64,000 nucleotides of DNA from Myxococcales bacterium (GTDB taxonomy: Bacteria; Myxococcota_A; UBA9042): the NCBI GenBank assembly GCA_009692425.1, contig SHZF01000002.1:64992-128991 (forward strand), written 5' to 3'. A program made the translations under genes and the position numbers. A model generated the notes under the pieces. The model was not told the DNA's origin. It saw nothing but the letters and a program-made list of their open reading frames with translations, and ran no database searches. This document shows positions 31,926 to 40,821 of the stretch, in pieces. The stretch's first letter is position 1, and each line of letters starts with the position of its first letter.

Positions 31926-33257
31926 CTAGGGCGCGGCGGGCCCTGCAGCCGGGGCGGTCCCAGCGGCCGGAGCCTCGACGGCGCCACCCAGCAGGGCTGC
32001 AAACTTGAACTTGCCGGCTTCCACGCCCGAGCCCGACATCGTCGTCAGTGTGGTGTCGCCGTTGGCGTCAAATTTCCACGAGCCGAGCGCCCCGCCCTTG
32101 GCCTCGTACTTCTCCATGGCGGCGCGGATGGTCTCGCGGTCCTTCGAACCCACCTGGCCCAGCACCTCGAGTGCGACCTTGGCCGCGACGTAGCCGTAGA
32201 CCGCGTAGGCCTCGGGCTCGCCGCCGTACTTGGCGCGGTAGCTGTCGACGAACTCCTTGCCCTTGCCGACCATCTGCTCCGGGGGCACGCCGCCGAACGT
32301 GATGAAGGCGCGGCCGTTCACATTCTCCTGGCCCGCCGCGTTGATGAAGGCGTCTTCGCGGCAGCCGTCGGGCGCCATCAGCTTGGCGCGCATGCCGACG
32401 GCGATGATGTCCTTGGCGATCTGGCCGGCGTTGGTCTGCGTGGTGCCGCCGTAGAACACGAAGTCGGGGTCGAGCGCCTTGATTTTCGTCATCAGCGAGC
32501 GGTACTCCTGTGCCTTGGGGTCCATGCCCTCGTGGCCGAGCACCTTGACGCCGTAGCTCTCAGCGTTGGCCTCGAATACGTCCGCGATGCCCTTGCCGTA
32601 CAGGCCGCGGTCGTCGAGCACGTAGGCGGTCTTGCCGCCCATCTTCTGCATCCACTCGGCGCCGGCGCGACCTTGGATGTCGTCGGCGGGCACCACGCGG
32701 AAGTAGCTGACCTTGCCCGACGGCCGGTAGACGGCGGGCTCGTTCGGCTCGCCCATGCCGGGCTTCGTCAGGCCCGTATAGGTGTTGGCCGGCGAAATCA
32801 TGACGAGCGCGGCCTTGTTGAGGATCGGCATCGCGATCTTGGCCGCGCCCGAGTTGTACGTGCCGAGGTAGGCGACGACGTTCGGGTCGTTGACGGCCTT
32901 GTCGGCATTGGCGGCCTCGACTTCGGGGTCCCAGTCGCCCTTCTTGGCCGAAGCGTCGTCCCAGTCCTCGTAGACGACCGTGAAGGGGCCGACCTTGCCG
33001 CCGGTCTCTTCGACCGCCATCTTGATGCCGTTGACGATGGTCGTGGTCTGCGCGTTGGCCGAGCCGGTGCGCGGCAGGCTGGAGACGATCTTGACCACGT
33101 TCGGGGCGCCGCCTGCGGGTGACGAGGGAGCCGCTGCAAGCTCCGGGGGCTTTTCGGTGCCTGGCACCAACACTTCAACGGGCTTCTTGCCGCAGCCGAG
33201 CGTGGCCAGCAGGGCCAGGGCGGTCGCCGCCGTGTGGAAAAAGGTTCGCCGTTGCAT
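31926..33257 (-). CDS. livK: Branched-chain amino acid ABC transporter substrate-binding lipoprotein (LivK/LivJ-like)
   Basis: GAGGAG RBS; QRRTFF (Tat-like) signal with lipobox LGC; GTYNSG, ISPANT, YFRVVPADDIQG, YGKGIA. Confidence 0.88.
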   Translation of the reverse strand: MQRRTFFHTAATALALLATLGCGKKPVEVLVPGTEKPPELAAAPSSPAGGAPNVVKIVSSLPRTGSANAQTTTIVNGIKMAVEETGGKVGPFTVVYEDWDDASAKKGDWDPEVEAANADKAVNDPNVVAYLGTYNSGAAKIAMPILNKAALVMISPANTYTGLTKPGMGEPNEPAVYRPSGKVSYFRVVPADDIQGRAGAEWMQKMGGKTAYVLDDRGLYGKGIADVFEANAESYGVKVLGHEGMDPKAQEYRSLMTKIKALDPDFVFYGGTTQTNAGQIAKDIIAVGMRAKLMAPDGCREDAFINAAGQENVNGRAFITFGGVPPEQMVGKGKEFVDSYRAKYGGEPEAYAVYGYVAAKVALEVLGQVGSKDRETIRAAMEKYEAKGGALGSWKFDANGDTTLTTMSGSGVEAGKFKFAALLGGAVEAPAAGTAPAAGPAAP

Positions 33258-33490
33258 GATCGTGTCTCCTCGTCGTGGCGCGGCGGACTCTAGGGCATGG
33301 CGGCCCAAGGGGCAACCCGAAAGGGCAACCCGGATCCGCCGATATGGACCCATCTCGGCGGACCCGGAATGACTTGGGGTGGTACATTCGGGGCAAGCGC
33401 TAGCTTGGCCCAGCCGGCTCAGCCGCCACCACCGGCTTGGGGGCCCGTCGTCTCCGGCCAGGTTCACGACACGCATCCAAGTGCCCGGGC

Positions 33491-33850
33491 CTAGCGCGGG
33501 GAATTCCGACAACACCTTGCTCGCCGCGCGGAATTGAGGCAGTCCGTGTCACCGCCGGAGCCGCATTGCACGACCGTGGCGGGGTTCACCTTGCACGACA
33601 GTGGGAACGTCGCCTTGTCGCAATACAGCGACCCATTCCAGGGTTGCCGTCGTCGAGCGGCGTGCAGTCGGCGGCGAGGTGGCATGAACAGAGGTCGGTG
33701 CCGCCTGCACACGGGTCGCCCACGCTGCACAACTGGCCATCTTCGCATGGCGAGCCATCGGGTCCGGGCACACCCTTGCACTTGCCGGCCTTGGAGTCGC
33801 ACGCCGTCTGCAAGCACGGGCCGAGTTGCGCCGAAAGCGGCGGATCGGGG
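33491..33850 (-). pseudogene. Frameshifted remnant of a Cys-rich repeat protein
   Basis: One frame reads ...PDGSPCEDGQLCSVGDPCAGG...DCTPLDDGNP and continues in another frame as NGSLYCDKATFPLSCKVNPATVVQC. The shift is near 33640; no signal peptide. Confidence 0.6.
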
Positions 33851-33856
33851 GTCAGC

Positions 33857-35266
33857 CTACCACTTGCCCATGCGCACCAGAGTCGCCACCGTCGTCCAGC
33901 CCAGCATGAAGACGAGCGCGACGACGCCCACCCACAAGAATTGCATCACCGTGCGTCGCGCCGGCCGCCACAAGTGGGTCGGCTCCTGGGCGTTGCGCAG
34001 CCGAACCGGGTCGAAGGCGGGGCTGGCCACGGCCGGCAGCATCATGACCGGCACGGCCAGGGGCATCGACGCCGGCGCGCCCACACCCGGCGGTGCCCCT
34101 TCGAGGTCGGCGCGCTGGGCGGCGGACAGGCTGGCGCGCGGCACGTTTATGGACGGCACGCGCACGCCATCGCGCAGCAGTGCCGACCGCCGTAGGTTCG
34201 TCGCGCTGCGTTCGAGTTCCAGGGGCGACGCGGCGGCCACCGACAACTGCGAGGGCACATATTCGTCGCCACGCATCTTGGCCATCGGCGGCGTCGCGAT
34301 CGCGCTCTGGGGCAGGGCTCCCGCCGGCGCCCGCGCCAGGACCGAGGAGACGTAAGAGGCCAGCTGCGCCGGCCCGTAGCCCGGCGCCGACGCCAGCAGC
34401 CAAGTCTCCAAGTCTACCGCCAGCGCCGCCATGGTCTGGTAGCGCCGCGCGACGTCGCGCTCGAGCGCGGTGTGTACAATCCGCGAGAGTTCCATCGGCA
34501 TGCCGGGCGCCAGGTTGTGCACCTGGGCGATCGGGTCGTCGCGCACCGCGCGCAAGATCGCGAAGGGCGACGCGGCGCCGAGCGCGCGGAACAGCGGCCG
34601 GCCGCTGAAAAGCTCCCACATGCAGATGCCGAGGCTGAATACGTCGGAGCGCGCGTCGATGGCGTCGGCCGAAGCCTGCTCGGGACTCATGTAGGCGTAC
34701 TTGCCCTTGATGATGCCCGCCATCGTCTGCTGGATGCGGCTCGCGACCTTGGCGACTCCGAAATCGATGAGCCGCACCTCGCCGTCGCGCGCAATCAACA
34801 CGTTCTGCGGGCTCACGTCGCGGTGGACGATGCCGAGCCGCACGCCGTTCTCGTCATGTAACTCGTGGGCGTAGCCCAAGCCGCGCGCCATCGCCAGGCT
34901 CACGCACGCCACCGCCGCAGGGTCGAGCCGGCCGCCGCGCGACTCGACGACGTTCGCCAGTGTGCCGAGGTCGATGCCATCGACGTACTCCATGATGAAG
35001 AAGTACGCGCCGTCGTGGCACCCCAGTTCGAAGGTCTGCGCGATGTTCTCGTGCGAGAACCGCATGCAGAGCTTGGCTTCCTGCACGAGCATCTCGACCG
35101 CACTCGGGTCTTCGCTCAACTGCGCGTGCATGCGCTTCAGCGCGACGAGCCGACCTTCGCCGCGCCGCGACGCTGCGGTGGCGAGGAACACCTCAGCCAT
35201 GCCGCCGCGGCCCAACCGGCGGAGCAGTTCGTAGGGGCCGAAGGGTTGGGGGAATTCGCTGCGCAC
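33857..35266 (-). CDS. Hanks-type Ser/Thr protein kinase with C-terminal TM helix
   Basis: LGRGGMAEV, VALK, HRDVSPQN, DFG, GKYAYMSPEQ, SDVFSLG. Confidence 0.93.
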   Translation of the reverse strand: MRSEFPQPFGPYELLRRLGRGGMAEVFLATAASRRGEGRLVALKRMHAQLSEDPSAVEMLVQEAKLCMRFSHENIAQTFELGCHDGAYFFIMEYVDGIDLGTLANVVESRGGRLDPAAVACVSLAMARGLGYAHELHDENGVRLGIVHRDVSPQNVLIARDGEVRLIDFGVAKVASRIQQTMAGIIKGKYAYMSPEQASADAIDARSDVFSLGICMWELFSGRPLFRALGAASPFAILRAVRDDPIAQVHNLAPGMPMELSRIVHTALERDVARRYQTMAALAVDLETWLLASAPGYGPAQLASYVSSVLARAPAGALPQSAIATPPMAKMRGDEYVPSQLSVAAASPLELERSATNLRRSALLRDGVRVPSINVPRASLSAAQRADLEGAPPGVGAPASMPLAVPVMMLPAVASPAFDPVRLRNAQEPTHLWRPARRTVMQFLWVGVVALVFMLGWTTVATLVRMGKW

Positions 35267-35422
35267 GGCACGGCAGCGTAGCCGTCGCAGACAGGAGCGG
35301 CAAGGGCGCTAGCTGGCCCGTGGGGGCTTCGTATCTTGAACGGAGGAGCAGACTGCTGCACCATCCCTGCAACCCGTTCGTGATGGATCGTTTCGATCAC
35401 GCCATCATGAGATCTTTGAAGT

Positions 35423-36736
35423 TCAAAGGATACGGGGCAATTTCAGATTCTCTGGCAATCGATCTGGGTTGCCGCGCTGCTCCGTGTCGTCCGCTTCGTC
35501 GGCGCCATCCTCCTCCGCGTCCGGGGCGTCGCCCTCCGCGTCGTCGTCGTCCCGCGAGCGCGCATCCGCCCACCAGCCCCAGGCGCCAAACGTCGACACC
35601 TGCAGCGTCTGCAGCAGCCACACGGCGAGGGCGAACGCGACCGTGCGGGGGGCGTCGGCGCGCACGCCGTACAATCCAGCGGGCAGCAGCAAGAAGTACC
35701 AGAACGACCCGACATTGCCGGGACTGTTGGGGATCATCATCCCGACCACGATGCACGCCATCATCGCGTAGCCGGCAATCACCGGCATGTGCACCTCAAA
35801 GCCGCGCGCCAGCAACCAGACACCCAGCCCGTTGACGCCCCAGTAGACGACCGTCAGCGCGACGAACTGCACGAGGTGCCACGGACTCTTGAGCACGACC
35901 AGGCCATCGACGAACGCTTCGGCCAAGGCCGCCACTTTTTCGGCGACCTTGGTGCTAAGCGGCGTCAACACGGCCCGCGTGGTCCGCAGCGTCCAATCGC
36001 GCGCCACCAGCATCGCGGCGAGCCCGCCGAGCGCCATGGTGAACACGGCAAATGCGACCCACGCGCCGACGCGGACCTCGGGGTTGCGGCTCAGCGTCTC
36101 GGGATGCACCTGGATCAATGCGGCGAACAGCAGGAGCGTCACGGTCAGCCCGTCCATCACGCGTTCGATCGCGATGGTGCCGAGTCCGGTGCCGAAGCCG
36201 ATGCCGGTCGAGCGTGCCAGCATCAAGGGCCGCGCCAGTTCGCCCAGCCGCAACGGCAGCAGGAACACCGCCATGAAGCCCACGGCGCCCACGCGATTGA
36301 GCACCGAGACGCGCACATCTTCGTAGGGCTGCAGCAGCGGTCGCCAACGCAGAACCCGCAACCAGTGGATCGCAAACAGCAGCACCAGGTACGCCGCAAC
36401 GTGCGTCAAGCGCACCGACCACAGCACGCCGCCATGTTCCGCGCGCCGCAGCAGCAGGGTCCAAGCCCCGCGACCGTCGAGTCCGACCGTCAATGTGCCG
36501 CCGAACAGGTCGTCCAGCGGCCAGGACCGCGCCGACAGCCACGTGAACAGCACACCGAGCAACAGCCCCGCGACCCAGCGCAGGCCGTTGGACTGCCATG
36601 GCGGAGCGTGACGATGCGGCAGCAGCACACCGACCACGCCCAACGCGACCGGAGCGTCCGCAGCAGGGCGGGCGCCGGCGTGCGGCTTTGGCGAGGCGGC
36701 GCGGTCGGGCGCGACGCGGTCGGGCAGGTCGGGCAC
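35423..36736 (-). CDS. Lysylphosphatidylglycerol synthase TM-domain (UPF0104, flippase-like) protein
   Basis: RVLRWRPLL, LPLRLGELAR, IERVMD, IPNSPGNVG. Confidence 0.85.
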   Translation of the reverse strand: MPDLPDRVAPDRAASPKPHAGARPAADAPVALGVVGVLLPHRHAPPWQSNGLRWVAGLLLGVLFTWLSARSWPLDDLFGGTLTVGLDGRGAWTLLLRRAEHGGVLWSVRLTHVAAYLVLLFAIHWLRVLRWRPLLQPYEDVRVSVLNRVGAVGFMAVFLLPLRLGELARPLMLARSTGIGFGTGLGTIAIERVMDGLTVTLLLFAALIQVHPETLSRNPEVRVGAWVAFAVFTMALGGLAAMLVARDWTLRTTRAVLTPLSTKVAEKVAALAEAFVDGLVVLKSPWHLVQFVALTVVYWGVNGLGVWLLARGFEVHMPVIAGYAMMACIVVGMMIPNSPGNVGSFWYFLLLPAGLYGVRADAPRTVAFALAVWLLQTLQVSTFGAWGWWADARSRDDDDAEGDAPDAEEDGADEADDTEQRGNPDRLPENLKLPRIL

Positions 36737-36742
36737 GAGCGC

Positions 36743-38068
36743 CTACAGCAGGAAAACGTGGGCGCGATCCCCAGTCACGTGCTTGGCCGCATTGCGGGTG
36801 TCGACCACCAGCCGGGAGCGTCGCACGATGGCCGGAAAGTCGAAGACCCTGTGGTCTGTCGTGATCACCACGAGGTCGTAGCCCTCCAGCCCGTCGAGAT
36901 TGGCGATGCCGGTCAGGTCGTGGCCGTCGTGGCGCACGCGCGGCACGTGGGGGTCGAAGTAGGCGACGTCGGCGCCTTTGCGCTGGAGCAGTTCGATGAC
37001 CGTCAGCGCCGGGCTCTCGCGGTAGTCCTCGATGTCCTTCTTGTAGGCGACACCGAGCACCAGCACCTTGGCACCCTTGAGCGCGCGGCTCTGATCGTTG
37101 AGTGCGTCCTGGCAGCGCTGCACGACGTGTGCGGGCATGCCGGTGTTGATCGCGTCCGCGAGTTCGATGAAGCGGGCCTGGTAGTTGAGCGACCGCAGCT
37201 TCCATGACAAGTAGAGCGGATCGATCGGAATGCAGTGGCCGCCAAGGCCGGGACCCGGATAGAATGGCATGAAACCAAATGGTTTTGTCGCTGCGGCGTC
37301 GATGACCTCGAACGTGTTCAGCTCAAGCTTGTGGCACATCAGGGCGACTTCGTTGACCAATCCGATGTTGACCGCGCGAAACGTGTTCTCGAGCAGCTTG
37401 ACCATCTCGGCCGTGTCCGGGCTCGAGACCACGCGCACCGTGTCGATGAAGGCGGAGTACAGCGCGTGCACCGCTTCGCCACACGCTGGCGTCAGGCCGC
37501 CGACGATCTTGGGGGTGTTGCGTACACCGTACTTCGCGTTGCCCGGATCGATGCGCTCAGGACTGAACGCTACGTGGAAATCGACTCCCGCACGGAGCCC
37601 GCTGCCCTGTTCGAGCATGACGACCATCACCTCGCGCGTGAAGCCGGGGTAGGTCGTCGATTCGAGCACGCAGAGCTGGCCGCGCCGCATGTGGGGCGTG
37701 ATCGCGTCCAACGCCTTGACGATGTAGCTGTTGTCCGGATCGCGCGACTTCGATAGCGGCGTCGGCACGCAGATCACGATCGCGTCCGCCTGCTGGATCA
37801 CGTCGAAGGTCGTGTGGGCGCTGAGCGTGCCCGCCGCCACCAACGGCGCAAGGTCCGCGCTCGTGACGTCGCCGATATCGCTGATGCCGGCATTGATCCG
37901 GTCGACGCGGGTCTTCTGCACGTCGATGCCCAGCGTGCGCAGGCCGATGGCGGCGCAGCGTTGGGCAAGCGGCAGGCCGACGTAGCCCAAGCCGACGACA
38001 GCCACCTTGGCGGTGCGCTTTTCAATGCGATCGCGGAATGTGGTGGCGTGGGACGCGGTGAGGCTCAC
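36743..38068 (-). CDS. Nucleotide-sugar (UDP-GlcNAc/ManNAc-type) dehydrogenase
   Basis: VVGLGYVGLP, ICVPTP, LESTTYPG, FSPER, KLLENTFR, GGHCIP, LGVAYK. Confidence 0.92.
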   Translation of the reverse strand: MSLTASHATTFRDRIEKRTAKVAVVGLGYVGLPLAQRCAAIGLRTLGIDVQKTRVDRINAGISDIGDVTSADLAPLVAAGTLSAHTTFDVIQQADAIVICVPTPLSKSRDPDNSYIVKALDAITPHMRRGQLCVLESTTYPGFTREVMVVMLEQGSGLRAGVDFHVAFSPERIDPGNAKYGVRNTPKIVGGLTPACGEAVHALYSAFIDTVRVVSSPDTAEMVKLLENTFRAVNIGLVNEVALMCHKLELNTFEVIDAAATKPFGFMPFYPGPGLGGHCIPIDPLYLSWKLRSLNYQARFIELADAINTGMPAHVVQRCQDALNDQSRALKGAKVLVLGVAYKKDIEDYRESPALTVIELLQRKGADVAYFDPHVPRVRHDGHDLTGIANLDGLEGYDLVVITTDHRVFDFPAIVRRSRLVVDTRNAAKHVTGDRAHVFLL

Positions 38069-38216
38069 GGGGGCTCCGATTCTGGCGGGGTGATCCGCCA
38101 CCTCCAGCTTTCCGGAGGCGGCAAAACCGGGCGCCGTTGTCCATGGCAGCCGCCTAGGCGGCGGAGCGTGGGATTGTAGCGGCGACGCGCGGTGGGTCAA
38201 TGTGGCGGCGGATGGG

Positions 38217-38840
38217 TCAGCGGTCCAGCGCGCTGCGGGCCAGTGCCATCTCCAGTACGGTCTCCGCGTCGCGAAATAGCACCAGACAGGCGTTCGCGTG
38301 CACGACTCGCTCGACGATGCCGAGCCCGTGGGCCTTGTGCAGCAGCACATCGCCGATGCCGTAGGTCCGCGTGACTTGATACGGCTTGCCGTCGCGCCAA
38401 CTGAGGTTGGCCGTCAGCGAACGCCAGCGTTCCGCGGTCGTCGAACTGACCCCGGAGGCCGGCGCGTCGGTTCCCGCGGCCGCCGTGGCCGTCGGGCGGG
38501 CGCTTGCCGCCAGGCGGGTACGAACCTCTTCGGCCAGCGCGGGCCCATTGAGGGCTTCGAGGGCCTTGAGCGGCGCATCGAAATCGCCACCCTTGCGCCG
38601 ACCGCGCGACGACACTTCGGGCGGCCCCGCCATCTTGCTGCGCTGGAGCTGCTGCAGCTTCTTGATCGCCTTCAGCCGAAACGCATCGACGCTGACCTCG
38701 GGGCGCCAGGCGAACTGATTTCGGCACGTGCGGCAGGTCGCCAACATCACGGAGTGCCCGTCCGTGGCGGCCACGATCTGGTACGTGTTCAGCTTGCAGC
38801 GCGGGCAGTGCCCGTCGATCTCGTCCCCGATCTTGTACAT
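38217..38840 (-). CDS. Hypothetical protein with N-terminal Zn ribbon and C-terminal Tudor/SH3-like domain (paralog of 3359-3904)
   Basis: IGDEIDGHCPRCK...CRTC; YGIGDVLLHKAHGLGIVERV...VLFRD. Confidence 0.72.
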   Translation of the reverse strand: MYKIGDEIDGHCPRCKLNTYQIVAATDGHSVMLATCRTCRNQFAWRPEVSVDAFRLKAIKKLQQLQRSKMAGPPEVSSRGRRKGGDFDAPLKALEALNGPALAEEVRTRLAASARPTATAAAGTDAPASGVSSTTAERWRSLTANLSWRDGKPYQVTRTYGIGDVLLHKAHGLGIVERVVHANACLVLFRDAETVLEMALARSALDR

Positions 38841-39081
38841 GGCGAAAGTCCTGAGGTTCGAGGCGGCGTCCGGTGGCGACACAGGGGCCCCCGCTGTTCG
38901 GTGCAGGCACGGGCCGGACGCCGAAAAGGTACTGGCAATCTGCAAGCTTTGGCGCGGGCTCTGCGCGCTCCCATGCGGCGGTGCGCACTGCGACACCCCC
39001 GGTCTCCATCGGCACGCCGGGTTGGCCGCGGCCGTGGCGGGCGGCATGGTCCAGCCCGGGCGCGTGCAGTAGAATCGCCCC

Positions 39082-40821
39082 ATGCGCGCCCCGAATCAAC
39101 CCCAAATCGACGGCGAAGCGGCGGACCCGGCCGAGGTGGGCCTCGCAGTCCGCGCCTTCGACTCCGACGCAGGCCCAACGTCGCAGGAGCCTCCGCTGCA
39201 TGAGCCGCCCGATTGGCTGACTGGTGCGCTCGACGCCGACGATGTGCCGTTCTTCGATGCCGGTGGGGCGCCGGTTGCCCCCATCGAGACAGCGCCGGAC
39301 GGTGTGCCGCACTCCGCGAACACTCCCGGTCCGGCAACGCTACCCGCGGCGCCAGCGTCGCAAGCGGGCACCGGGCCCCACGCACGCTCCCACACCTTCC
39401 CCGCTGGCAGGCGCAACGAACGGGCTGCCGGCGGTGGCGGCCTTGGCGAGCCGCCGCCCTCGCCGCCGGCTGACATCGTGGCTGAGCGCGGCGTGATCGC
39501 CAGTTGCCTGCTCGACCCGAACAGTGTCGCGCTGGCCCAGACCCACGTGCGCCACGCTGACTTCTACGATCGTCGCCATGCGCTCGTGTTTCGCGCGATC
39601 GAGGAACTGTCGCTCGCCGGGCGCGACGCCGACCTCGTCAGCGTGTTCGAGACGCTGGGGCGCATGGGCGAGGCCGACAAGGTGGGGTTCACCTACCTCG
39701 TCGAGTTGAGCAACCATCCGTCGGCCGTGCTGTCGCTGGAGCCCTCCGCCCGCCGCGTCGCCAAGCTGGCGGCCGTGCATCGCCTCGCGGCCGTGGCGCA
39801 GCGGCTGGCGACCGACGCCTTTCGGCCCGGACTCGACCCCGACGAATACATCATCAGCGCGGAGGGGGCCCTGCGCACCGCGTTGCAGGATTCGGTCAAG
39901 GGTGGCGCCCACCGCGTCGGCGACATTGCGCCCGGCGTGTACCAGCGCGCGATGGAAGCTGGCCAGCGCAAGGGCCAACTGACCGGCATCTCGACCGGCT
40001 ATCGCGACATCGATCGCATGACGCACGGCCTGCACCCGAGCGACCTCATCGTGCTTGCGGCGCGGCCCGGCGTAGGCAAGACGTCGTTTGCGATGAACCT
40101 GGCGCTGCACGTCGCATTCGGCCGCAAGCGCGATGCCAAGGACGAGTGGGACCACCCAGGCGTGCTCGTGTTCTCGCTCGAAATGGGCAAGGAGCAACTC
40201 GTGCAGCGGCTCATCTCGGCCCGCTCCGGGGTGCCGCTGACCAGCCTGCGCACGGGCGACATGAACGTCGACGAGCAGATCGAGGTGCGCAACGCCGTGG
40301 CCGATCTGAACGAATTGCCGTTCTTCATCGACGACACGCCCGGCCTCACCTCGATCGATGTGCGCGCCCGGGCCAAGCGGGTCGCCCAGGGGCCGCACGG
40401 GCTCGACCTCATCGTCATCGACTACCTACAGCTCATGCGCGGCGCCACGCAGAACCGCAACGCGAACCGCGAGGAGCAAGTCAGCGAGGCGTCGCGCTCG
40501 CTCAAGGGCCTGGCGAAGGAACTGGGCTGCACCGTGATGGCGCTCAGCCAGTTGAACCGCTCCGTCGAACGCGAGAAGGACCATCGCCCCAAACTGGCCG
40601 ACCTGCGCGAGTCGGGCGCGATCGAGCAGGATGCCGACATCGTGGCCTTCATCTACCGCGAATACATGTACACGAAGAATCCCGAGGACGAGAACAAGGC
40701 GACGCTCCTGATCGCCAAGCACCGCTCCGGAGAACTCGGCGACATCGCGCTGCACTTCGAGGGGCGGCTGACGAAGTTCACGACCGTCGCCAACGTGAAC
40801 GACCAGTACGCGGGCTATTGA
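39082..40821 (+). CDS. dnaB: Replicative DNA helicase
   Basis: AERGVI, GISTGY, AARPGVGKT, FSLEM, IDYLQLM, ALSQLNR, DLRESGAIEQDAD, IAKHRSG. Confidence 0.96.
   Translation: MRAPNQPQIDGEAADPAEVGLAVRAFDSDAGPTSQEPPLHEPPDWLTGALDADDVPFFDAGGAPVAPIETAPDGVPHSANTPGPATLPAAPASQAGTGPHARSHTFPAGRRNERAAGGGGLGEPPPSPPADIVAERGVIASCLLDPNSVALAQTHVRHADFYDRRHALVFRAIEELSLAGRDADLVSVFETLGRMGEADKVGFTYLVELSNHPSAVLSLEPSARRVAKLAAVHRLAAVAQRLATDAFRPGLDPDEYIISAEGALRTALQDSVKGGAHRVGDIAPGVYQRAMEAGQRKGQLTGISTGYRDIDRMTHGLHPSDLIVLAARPGVGKTSFAMNLALHVAFGRKRDAKDEWDHPGVLVFSLEMGKEQLVQRLISARSGVPLTSLRTGDMNVDEQIEVRNAVADLNELPFFIDDTPGLTSIDVRARAKRVAQGPHGLDLIVIDYLQLMRGATQNRNANREEQVSEASRSLKGLAKELGCTVMALSQLNRSVEREKDHRPKLADLRESGAIEQDADIVAFIYREYMYTKNPEDENKATLLIAKHRSGELGDIALHFEGRLTKFTTVANVNDQYAGY

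Noticed and set aside
33300-33350. GGGCAACCCGAAAGGG resembling a c-di-GMP-I (GEMM) riboswitch start
   Set aside because: It lacks GGCAAAC and GACGCAAAG and is on the strand opposite livK.
38864-38923. 10-bp inverted repeat CGGCGTCCGG/CCGGACGCCG upstream of the Zn-ribbon gene
   Set aside because: It is GC-rich with a 40-nt gap, plausible by chance, and matches no RNA family I recognise.
39082-40821. Possible intein in the long dnaB
   Set aside because: The extra length is N-terminal; the helicase motifs are contiguous and no intein blocks are visible.
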